Assembly: GCA_964388035.1 (NCBI GenBank)
Contig: CAYLZE010000077.1
Coordinates: forward strand, 5,432-24,065
Direction: 5' to 3'
Source of the DNA: an uncultured archaeon
Lineage (GTDB): Archaea > Asgardarchaeota > Lokiarchaeia > Sigyniarchaeales > SOKP01
DNA length: 18,634 bases
The position numbers and the translations under genes were made by a program. The notes beneath the pieces were generated by a model that ran no database searches, was not told the origin of the DNA, and saw nothing but the letters and a program-made list of their open reading frames with translations. Below, in pieces: positions 8,478 through 16,623 of this stretch; positions within the stretch are counted from its first letter, which is position 1; every line of letters begins with the position of its first letter.

Positions 8478-9320
8478 ATGGAGAAGTTACAAACAGATGC
8501 AGAAATAACCTGGTGTCCGGGATGTGGAAATTTTGCCATCCTTACTGCAGTTAAAAATGCAATTCAAGAATTAGAGCAAAAGGGAATTTCCAAAGAGAAT
8601 ATTGCGATTTCAGCTGGGATTGGATGTCATGCAAAAATTTTCGATTATTTAAATTTGAGTGGATTATATTCACTTCATGGAAGAGACATTGCTACAGTTC
8701 AAGGTATGAAGATAGCTAATCCCGACTTAAAAGTAATTACCTTTTCAGGGGATGGTAATGGAATGGGGGAGGGCCTGGCACATACCATGTTTGCTGCCAA
8801 AAGGAATCAAGATATGACCCTCATCTTACACAATAATGGCGTGTATGCTCTTACTACGGGTCAATTCTCTCCTCTTACTGATGAAGGATGGCACGGTCCT
8901 TCCACCCCCAGAGGCAGTTTTGAAAGACCCTTTAATCCAATGTCTTTAATGATTGAAGCAGGGGCCACTTTTGTAGCAAGGACCTTTTCTGGTGAAATAA
9001 AACATCTTACGGATTTAATCATTCAAGCCGTTCAACACGAAGGATTCTCTTTCATTGAAGTATTACAACCTGCAGTTCCTTATCATTCTTGGAAAGAATA
9101 CAGAGATACCGTGGAATATTTAGAGAAAGAACCCTCTACTTACGAGGAAGCCATAATCACTGCTAAAAATTCCAAGGAACACGTAATTGGAATTTTTTAT
9201 AAAAGTCAACGACCTGTTTATCATCAGCAATTATATGGAGATCTTAATCCTGTAAAAAATAGTTTAAGCAAATCAGAACGAATTAAGATTATAAAAAAAA
9301 TTCTAGAAGAAAAATTATAA
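8478..9320 (+). CDS. korB: 2-oxoacid:ferredoxin oxidoreductase, beta (TPP-binding) subunit
   Basis: Motifs TWCPGCGNF, GIGC, LHGR, TPP motif GDG...HNN, YALTTGQFSP and GATFVAR. Symbol denotes the family only. Confidence 0.95.
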   Translation: MEKLQTDAEITWCPGCGNFAILTAVKNAIQELEQKGISKENIAISAGIGCHAKIFDYLNLSGLYSLHGRDIATVQGMKIANPDLKVITFSGDGNGMGEGLAHTMFAAKRNQDMTLILHNNGVYALTTGQFSPLTDEGWHGPSTPRGSFERPFNPMSLMIEAGATFVARTFSGEIKHLTDLIIQAVQHEGFSFIEVLQPAVPYHSWKEYRDTVEYLEKEPSTYEEAIITAKNSKEHVIGIFYKSQRPVYHQQLYGDLNPVKNSLSKSERIKIIKKILEEKL

Positions 9321-9448
9321 AATTAACTGTTGTTATACTTTTTCTTTTAATACATGTTATCATTTAAATCATAAACATATGAGGGAATTTTAGTCAAATT
9401 AAAGTGTTGATTAAATATAAAAGAATTAATAAAATATGACATGAAAGT

Positions 9449-10381
9449 ATGGAATATAACATATTAGGAAGGACAGGACTGAAAGTTAGCAAAATTGGTC
9501 TTGGTGGAGGGGGTCCAAGTAGACTTGGTAAGGGAACGCAAAAATCCAAAATGGAATCAATCGAAGTAGTACGACAAGCTTTAGAAGCGGGTATAAATTT
9601 CTTAGACACCTCTGAAATTTATCGCACGGAAGAAATCATTGGAGAGGGAATAAAAGGATATGATCGAGAATCCCTAATTTTATCAACAAAAAAAGCAGTC
9701 TTCAAAAAAGTAACACCTCAAGATGTAGAAAGTAGCTTGAATAAGAGCTTAAAAGCACTTGGTACGAAATTTATTGATATCTATCATCTCCATGCCGTTC
9801 ATTTGGGGGATTATGATTACTTATATGCCAATATTGTGCCGAAATTAGTGGAATTACGTGATGAGGGGCTCATTCGATATATAGGAATAACTGAACGATT
9901 TGATTTGGATCCTTCTCATGAAATGCTAAAGAGAGCAATTAAAGATGATATTTGGGATGTAATGATGGTAGGATTTAATATATTAAACCAAACAGCGCGG
10001 GATACTATTTTTCCCACAACCATTGAAAAAGACATTGGCATTTTAATAATGTTCGCGGTTCGATTGGCTTTAAGCAGACCAGAACGATTAAAGGTATTAC
10101 TTAATAGATTAATAAGGGAAGGGAAGATAGAACCATCAAAAATTGACATTAAAGATCCCTTACAATTCTTAGTCCATGATCAAGGTGCTGTAAATTTAGT
10201 CGATGCTGCTTATAGGTTCTGTGCATATGAACCGGGGGTTCATGTAGTGCTCTCAGGAACTGGTAATGTTGAACATTTAAAAGAAAATATTGCCTCATTT
10301 TATAGACCCTCCCTTCCAGATGCTGATCTGAGATTATTAAGAGAGATTTTTAAAGATGTTGATTCAATATCGGGACAATAA
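9449..10381 (+). CDS. Aldo/keto reductase
   Basis: Motifs LGRTGLKVSKIGLG, GINFLDTSEIY (catalytic D/Y), LSTK (K), SLKALGTKFIDIYHLH (H) and VVLSGTGNVEHLKENI. Confidence 0.93.
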   Translation: MEYNILGRTGLKVSKIGLGGGGPSRLGKGTQKSKMESIEVVRQALEAGINFLDTSEIYRTEEIIGEGIKGYDRESLILSTKKAVFKKVTPQDVESSLNKSLKALGTKFIDIYHLHAVHLGDYDYLYANIVPKLVELRDEGLIRYIGITERFDLDPSHEMLKRAIKDDIWDVMMVGFNILNQTARDTIFPTTIEKDIGILIMFAVRLALSRPERLKVLLNRLIREGKIEPSKIDIKDPLQFLVHDQGAVNLVDAAYRFCAYEPGVHVVLSGTGNVEHLKENIASFYRPSLPDADLRLLREIFKDVDSISGQ

Positions 10382-10457
10382 AGCATTTATTAATTTTTTA
10401 AAATTGCTATTTAAGGAATTCAAAAATAAAAGGCGTTTTTTTCTTCTATTAAAAGAT

Positions 10458-11813
10458 TTAAAGATTTATTCTTCCTATTGCTCTAAATTTTATCTCTGAG
10501 TTAAATAGATCATAATCATAAATCCTACGTCCATCAATTAAATTGGGTGTTTTCATGAATTTTTTAAATATCTCTGGTTTTAGTTGCTTGAACTCATCCC
10601 ATTCTGTTATTAGAAGGGCACACTCCGAATCTTTTAAGGCTTCTTCAAGATTTGATGCATATCTTATTTTATCTCCCATTTCTTGTCTAGCAGTCTCATT
10701 TGCTTTTGGATCATAACCCACGATATTAGTTACTCCTCTCTTTAACAGCTCATTTACTACTCTAATGCTAGCTGCTTCTCTCATATCGTCTGTACCTGGT
10801 TTGAAGGATAATCCTAATAACGTAATTTTTTTACTTGTTAAGGATCCTACGAGTTGTTCTGCGATATCAACAATATGTATAGCTTGATCATCATTGATAT
10901 CTAATACCGCTTCCAATAATCTTGACCGATAGCCTTTTGATTTAGCCCAAGTTTTGATTGCATTCACGTCCTTATGAAAACAAGACCCTCCAAAACCTAC
11001 TCCGGCACCTAAAAATTTGGGATTGATTCGATAATCTAACCCAACGCCTTTCATCACTTGCGCGACATCCACGTTTGGTACTAATTCCGCAAAATTCGCA
11101 AATTCATTAGCATAGCTGATCTTAGTAGAGAGAAGGCAATTATTTCCGTACTTGACTAGTTCTGCACTTTCTAAATTCATCCGCAAAATGGGACAATTCT
11201 TTAAATGGTATCCATAAAAATATTCATAAAATTCTTGAAGCATGGCGCCGCTTTTTTTATCGAATTCTCCAATCACGATCCTATCTGGATGAAGGGTATC
11301 TTCGATTGAACGACCTTCCGCCAAGAATTCTGGTTGCATGCATAATCCAAAATCTATTCCTGGCTTTTTTCCCGAGACTTCAGTGATTAATTTTCCTACG
11401 AGATTTCTAGCCGTTCCCGGCACAACCGTCGAACGAACAACTACCAAATGATAGGTATCTTTTTGCTTCAATGCTTCCCCTATTTCTCTTGCTGTACTTT
11501 CAATATAACTAAGATTAATACTTTTATCGGCACGCATGGGGGTTCCTTGAGTAATCATGGAAATATCCGTCTCAATTACTGCCTGAACTGGATCTTGAAG
11601 ACATTGTAGTAATTCCTCTTTCTTACTTTGTATATGATCCATTATCTCTTGAAGATTTTCTTCGAAAAAGGGTGCAATACCCTTGTTTATCATATCTGCT
11701 TTTTCTTGATCATGAGTGGAAGCAATCACTTTTACATCCTTTTGAGCAAAACACGCTGCACTACATAATCCTATAAAACCAGTGCCCAATATACTTACTT
11801 TATATTTATACAT
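10458..11813 (-). CDS. ugd: UDP-glucose/GDP-mannose dehydrogenase family protein
   Basis: Rossmann motif GTGFIG, RSTVVPGT, PEFLAEG, PDRIVIG, AELVKY, catalytic GFGGSCFHKD, LGLSFKPGTDDMRE and DGRRIY. Confidence 0.93.
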   Translation of the reverse strand: MYKYKVSILGTGFIGLCSAACFAQKDVKVIASTHDQEKADMINKGIAPFFEENLQEIMDHIQSKKEELLQCLQDPVQAVIETDISMITQGTPMRADKSINLSYIESTAREIGEALKQKDTYHLVVVRSTVVPGTARNLVGKLITEVSGKKPGIDFGLCMQPEFLAEGRSIEDTLHPDRIVIGEFDKKSGAMLQEFYEYFYGYHLKNCPILRMNLESAELVKYGNNCLLSTKISYANEFANFAELVPNVDVAQVMKGVGLDYRINPKFLGAGVGFGGSCFHKDVNAIKTWAKSKGYRSRLLEAVLDINDDQAIHIVDIAEQLVGSLTSKKITLLGLSFKPGTDDMREAASIRVVNELLKRGVTNIVGYDPKANETARQEMGDKIRYASNLEEALKDSECALLITEWDEFKQLKPEIFKKFMKTPNLIDGRRIYDYDLFNSEIKFRAIGRINL

Positions 11814-12091
11814 TTTTCTCCTAAATCTTAAGATATCTTGATTTTAAAAACATGAAATATTACTTATAATTTGTGAAAACTGTAGCTAATTGGAATCTAA
11901 TAAAAGAAATTCTCATGATTAAGAATTATTTTCATTTGCTTGGGAAAATTCATCAAGGTTCTTTTTATATTTAATGATATTATCCTTTTAAAGAATACTG
12001 CTTATATTGATATCTCGAATCACTAGTTCATTTTAATAAACAGTATATTTATATATTCTTCCATTTCTCATAATTATTGGTGAAATTAGCA

Positions 12092-12664
12092 ATGGATGTA
12101 AAGGAAGCAATAACAATGAGAAGAGCTTACAGATCTTTTGAACCTGTAGAAATCACTGATCAAATAATAGAAGATTTTGCGAAATGTGCCCAAATTGCTC
12201 CTTCATGCAGCAATAATCAGCCTTGGAATTTTGTATTTGTTAGAGATAAAGAGCAATTGGGAAAATTATTCACAACTTTGAGTGCAGGAAATAAATGGGT
12301 AGAAAAAGCTTCCATGATTATTGGAGTATGCGCGAGAGAGGAAGCTGATTGCATGATTATGGGACGTTTGTACTACTTATTTGATACGGGGCTTTCCGTT
12401 GCATTTATTTTATTGAGAGCAACTGAATTGGGATTAGTGGCACATCCTATCGTGGGTTTTAATGAGGAAAAAGCTAAGGAGATCATGAAGATTCCAGAAA
12501 AAATGAGATTAATTACGCTGATTAATGTGGGAAAACATTCTAAAGAAATAAATCCCGTGTTATCCGAACCAATGAAGCTTGGAGAACAACATAGGCCTCC
12601 GCGAAAACCGCTGGAAAAATTTGTTTTTGAAAATTATTATGATAATCCTTTTAATTTAAAATAA
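12092..12664 (+). CDS. Nitroreductase family flavoprotein
   Basis: Motifs AITMRRAYRSF, APSCSNNQPWNF, ILLRATELGLVAHPIVGF and PPRKPLE. ATG 12092 preferred because GGTGA (12079-12083) lies 8 nt upstream; the ORF track starts at TTG 12077. Confidence 0.93.
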   Translation: MDVKEAITMRRAYRSFEPVEITDQIIEDFAKCAQIAPSCSNNQPWNFVFVRDKEQLGKLFTTLSAGNKWVEKASMIIGVCAREEADCMIMGRLYYLFDTGLSVAFILLRATELGLVAHPIVGFNEEKAKEIMKIPEKMRLITLINVGKHSKEINPVLSEPMKLGEQHRPPRKPLEKFVFENYYDNPFNLK

Positions 12665-12665
12665 C

Positions 12666-12673
12666 TTTTTTTT
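12666..12673 (+). terminator. Oligo-T (T8) archaeal-type terminator candidate
   Basis: T8 run immediately after the nitroreductase stop codon. Confidence 0.45.
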
Positions 12674-13196
12674 GTCCATTTAATTATTAAAAACTTTTAA
12701 ATGATTTGAGAGGACACTAAACCATTCAAATTAGTTAATTTGCTTTAAAAAATTTTAAATTAATGAAAATATCAATGGTTTCCTTTAACCAAAAAAAAGT
12801 TGTTCCGTGGTAATATTTCCACCAAAAATCAAATTTACTTCATAATCGAACTTTTTAATTTATATTGTTTAAGTATTAAATTAAATTCTCATCTTGGGAG
12901 ATTTATTCGCTGATATCAAAACTTCAACTAATGTGTGAAAAGATACTTGAAGAAGTAGGACTATATACTCAATACCATTATATAAAGATGAATAGAGAAC
13001 TTTACTCTTTAATTCAATCTTACATGTAATCCATCTCGAATAAGATAAATATTATTTATTATGGATGATATTGTCTTATCCATAAAGAAATTCCTTTTAA
13101 TGAGAGCCTATTTACAAAATTAGTTGCATTATCACTCCTATCTAAAAATACATCTTCTTTTTATTTTAAATTACATTTATTTTTGATGAAAATTCG

Positions 13197-14729
13197 ATGA
13201 TGTGGAAAAAAGTATTATTAATGGTAGCAGACTACAAAACAACAGGATATGATTTTTATGATTCAGCATTTCCACCATTAGCTCTTGAATATCTTGCAGC
13301 AAGTATAGAAGATATATCTAAAGTAAAAATCCTTGATTTCAAAGCTGGTAAATATAACGTAAAACAAATCAAAAAAATAATAGAGGAATTTAAACCTAAT
13401 GTAATTGGATTATCCGTCCCAGTAACAAGTGCAATTAATACTGTTTTACTTTATGCGAAATTATCAAAGAATTTGGGGTGTACAACGGTACTCGGGGGTT
13501 GGCATCCCACTTTAGCAGTAGAACAAACCTTATCATCCCCATGGGTTGATATAGTGGTCAGGGGGGAAGGTGAATTAACATTTCGAGAATTAATCGAAAA
13601 AGGTTCTCCTGAAAGCGTAAAAGGACTTTCTTATAAAAAGAATGGAAAGATTATTCACAATCCTGATAGACCGTTCATTAAAGATTTAGATGAGTTGACA
13701 TTTCCGGCAAGAGATTTGGTGAAAGATTATAATTATAAAATATTTAACATGTCTATAGATGCTGTGGAGACTAGTCGTGGTTGTCCTCAAGGATGCAAGT
13801 TTTGTAGTACTCATGTTGTTTATAAACGTCAATGGAGAGCAAGATCCGTAGATAGTGTCATGAAAGAATTAGAAATTATATCTAAAAAAAAGAGTAATAG
13901 TGATATATTTTTCGTGGATGATAACATTCTTGTAAATATTAAAAGAATAGGAAGACTTTGTATCGAAATTATTAAAGGAAAAAGAGAAGGGAGAATAAAT
14001 AAACAATTAAAATTCTTCTTTCAAGGGAGATTAGATTCTATTGCAAAAAATCCAAGAATAGTTAAATTAATGGCAGAAGCAGGTTTTTGGGCTGTTTTAG
14101 TTGGAGTGGAAGCAACTAACGATAAGACATTAATAGCAATTGATAAAGGATGTAGATTAAATGTTATTAAAGAAGGAATAAGAGTATTACACGATAATTG
14201 TATTATAGTATTTGGAAATGTTATCATAGGAGTAAACCTTGATGATAAAATAGACGATGTTATTGAAACCATAAAAAAAACTTGTGAACTTAATTTAGAT
14301 CTTCCCAGTTTTACCCTTTTAACGCCATTTCCCGCAACTGAATTTTACAGGGAAATGAAAGCTCGCAATTTACTCTTAACTAACGATTATTCGCAATATA
14401 ATTGGCTAACTCCTGTAATAAAAACGCCCTATTTTAATCCAAAAGTTCTAAAAAAATTACTGTTTCTTGGATTTTTTAGCATTGGTTATTACGCCGGTGA
14501 TTGGACAAATAAATACCAATTATTTAGTAGATGTTTGAGATCTAGAGGAATAAAGTACCTGATCCATCCTGGAAGAGCTTATAGAGTTGTTAATAGCTAT
14601 TTTAAGTGGAGAAAGATTGTCAGAAGTAATTTAAAGAATATAAAAAAAAAGGAATTATATCAAATCAAGTTAGGAAATATTAATGAAATGATTGGCTTGA
14701 AGAATGCAATTATGAAAGAATCGGGGTGA
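13197..14729 (+). CDS. Cobalamin (B12)-binding domain radical SAM protein, paralog 1
   Basis: N-terminal B12-binding domain (FPPLALEYLAA, LGGWHPT, DIVVRGEGE). Radical SAM motif ETSRGCPQGCKFC, followed by FFVDDN, VGVE and LTPFPAT. Confidence 0.93.
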   Translation: MMWKKVLLMVADYKTTGYDFYDSAFPPLALEYLAASIEDISKVKILDFKAGKYNVKQIKKIIEEFKPNVIGLSVPVTSAINTVLLYAKLSKNLGCTTVLGGWHPTLAVEQTLSSPWVDIVVRGEGELTFRELIEKGSPESVKGLSYKKNGKIIHNPDRPFIKDLDELTFPARDLVKDYNYKIFNMSIDAVETSRGCPQGCKFCSTHVVYKRQWRARSVDSVMKELEIISKKKSNSDIFFVDDNILVNIKRIGRLCIEIIKGKREGRINKQLKFFFQGRLDSIAKNPRIVKLMAEAGFWAVLVGVEATNDKTLIAIDKGCRLNVIKEGIRVLHDNCIIVFGNVIIGVNLDDKIDDVIETIKKTCELNLDLPSFTLLTPFPATEFYREMKARNLLLTNDYSQYNWLTPVIKTPYFNPKVLKKLLFLGFFSIGYYAGDWTNKYQLFSRCLRSRGIKYLIHPGRAYRVVNSYFKWRKIVRSNLKNIKKKELYQIKLGNINEMIGLKNAIMKESG

Positions 14730-16204
14730 AAAATATATCTCCGGATACTTTTAAAAATCCAACTTATAAATGGAATAGAATTTTATTAATCAAGCCAAAT
14801 TATAGATCTCCAGGTTGGGATTATTATAATATGAATTTTCCTCCAATAAATTTAACAAGCATAGCCAGTTATTTGACAGATCTGCAAGTAGAAGTGGAAA
14901 TTCTTGATGCTAAAGTTAAAAATTTAAATGATAATCAGATAAGGAAAAAAATCGAAGCGTTTCATCCCGATTTAGTGGGAATCTCTGTATTCGTGTCAGC
15001 TGCAATCAATACATGTAATAATATTTCTAAAATCATTAAAGACATTAACCCAAATTGCGTTATTGTATATGGTGGACGTCATCCTACTTTTGAGCCTGAT
15101 GAAACATTAAGTGTTAATGAAGTAGATATCCTTGTTCGGAGGGAGGGAGAATTAACCTTTAGAGAATTAATTATTAAGGGTACTCCTGAAAATGTTAAGG
15201 GAATTTCTTATAAATCTAATGGAACTTTAATTCATAATCCTGAAAGACAATTAATGAATAAGAAAGAATACGAAAATATTCGGATTCCCGCACGATTTTT
15301 AACTAAAAATAATAAATATCAAATGTTAACCGTCCGATTAGAAACCGTTGAAACTTCAAGAGGATGTCCTTATACATGTAAATTTTGCACGACCCATATT
15401 ATTAATAATAAATTATGGAGACCAAGACCAGTCGAACGAATTCTTACAGAATTAAAAATGATTTCACACAATAAAAAAATTACAGATATTTTTTTTGTAG
15501 ATGATAATTTAACGGTAAACACGAAAAGAATTGAGTATCTTTGTCGAAGAATAATAGAATGTAAAAAAAGCAAAGAGATAAATGATTTTAAATTTTTTGC
15601 CCAAGTTAGAGTTGATTCCGTGGTAAAATCACCTCAAATGATACAGATGATGGCTAAGGCTGGGTTTTGGGTGGTTTTTATTGGTATTGAGAGCGTTAAT
15701 GAAAAAACTTTAAAGGATATTAGGAAAGGTCTTTCTTTTTCTCAAGTTTTGAAAGCACTTAAGATATTACATGAAAATAAGATTATTGTGATTGGAAATC
15801 TCATAATTGGAGTTGATTTAAACGCAACAGAAAATGATATTAAGAAAGAAATCAAATTTATTAAATCCATTGATATTGATTTAATAAGCTATGTCTTACT
15901 GACGCCCTTTCCGGGTAGTGATACGTTAAAAGAATTAGAAGAAAAAGGGCTTGTTATGACAAAAAATTGGTCTAAATATACGGTTATGGATGCTGTAATT
16001 AAAACAAACGTATTAAGCCCGAAAGAATTGCAAGCGTTATTATATTATTCTTTTAAAGAACTCAAATACATTAATAATTATAAAGGGTTAGTTTATCGTA
16101 TCTATAAGACACGTGGAATAATGTATATATTAAATATAAAACGAATTATTTCCTTGTTAGATTCGTATCTAAAAATAAGAAAATTATTCAAAAAAAAATC
16201 ATGA
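14726..16204 (+). CDS. Cobalamin (B12)-binding domain radical SAM protein, paralog 2
   Basis: Motifs FPPINLTSIASY, YGGRHPT, DILVRREGE, ETSRGCPYTCKFC, FFVDDN, IGIES and LTPFPGS. The GTG start overlaps the paralog 1 stop (GTGA). Confidence 0.93.
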   Translation: MKNISPDTFKNPTYKWNRILLIKPNYRSPGWDYYNMNFPPINLTSIASYLTDLQVEVEILDAKVKNLNDNQIRKKIEAFHPDLVGISVFVSAAINTCNNISKIIKDINPNCVIVYGGRHPTFEPDETLSVNEVDILVRREGELTFRELIIKGTPENVKGISYKSNGTLIHNPERQLMNKKEYENIRIPARFLTKNNKYQMLTVRLETVETSRGCPYTCKFCTTHIINNKLWRPRPVERILTELKMISHNKKITDIFFVDDNLTVNTKRIEYLCRRIIECKKSKEINDFKFFAQVRVDSVVKSPQMIQMMAKAGFWVVFIGIESVNEKTLKDIRKGLSFSQVLKALKILHENKIIVIGNLIIGVDLNATENDIKKEIKFIKSIDIDLISYVLLTPFPGSDTLKELEEKGLVMTKNWSKYTVMDAVIKTNVLSPKELQALLYYSFKELKYINNYKGLVYRIYKTRGIMYILNIKRIISLLDSYLKIRKLFKKKS

Positions 16205-16284
16205 AAGGTCACTTTTATAAAAAAATGATATTTTACACTATTGATGGAGGTTCTATTCTTATATAATTTCTTTTACTTTTTCTC

Positions 16285-16352
16285 GGTGATGAAGCTACCC
16301 GAAACGATTCAAGTGAAGAAAACCTTCACACTCTTGAATTAATGTCATTTAG
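16285..16352 (+). other. Structured intergenic element: stem-loop with partial resemblance to the fluoride (crcB) riboswitch layout
   Basis: ATTCAAG(16307-13)/CTTGAAT(16333-39) plus TGAAG(16314-18)/CTTCA(16324-28) form a hairpin. It is flanked by GGTGATGAAGCTACC-CGAAACG and TAATG-N5-TA. The pseudoknot pairing is imperfect. Confidence 0.3.
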
Positions 16353-16623
16353 CTAAAATTTTTACAATCTTGTAAATTATACTATTTTCAAGAGTTTTTC
16401 GCCTTTTTATTTAATGAACCGTTGTTTTATCATTAAAAAAATGCTATTATTATATTCTAAACCAATATAATCCCATCTTGAATATTTAAATTTTTAATAT
16501 ATTAAAATATCGATGATTATCTTAAAAGATTCTATGGATTTTTTGATATTCTTATATGATTTATAAGCTATAAGTTAAAATTTTAACATTTCTTTCAGCA
16601 AATCAAGAAAGAGATGTTAGCCC

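Noticed and set aside
11873-11974. 33-codon GTG-initiated ORF between ugd and nitroreductase
   Set aside because: No SD or motif; it lies in a divergent promoter region and is consistent with chance.
51-16204. Stop-codon reassignment (several intergenic ATG...TAA...open-frame patterns)
   Set aside because: All conserved genes end normally at TAA or TGA and have no internal stops, so the standard code fits.
16286-16306. Hammerhead ribozyme (UGAUGA...GAAA)
   Set aside because: The core reads GUGAUGA rather than CUGAUGA, and no stem II forms between the two core segments.
16202-16356. Selenocysteine readthrough of the paralog 2 TGA with the downstream hairpin acting as a SECIS
   Set aside because: The TGA is at the natural C-terminus and readthrough adds only a short unremarkable tail. 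The AUGA at 16289 does not close a SECIS-type helix with a paired GA.
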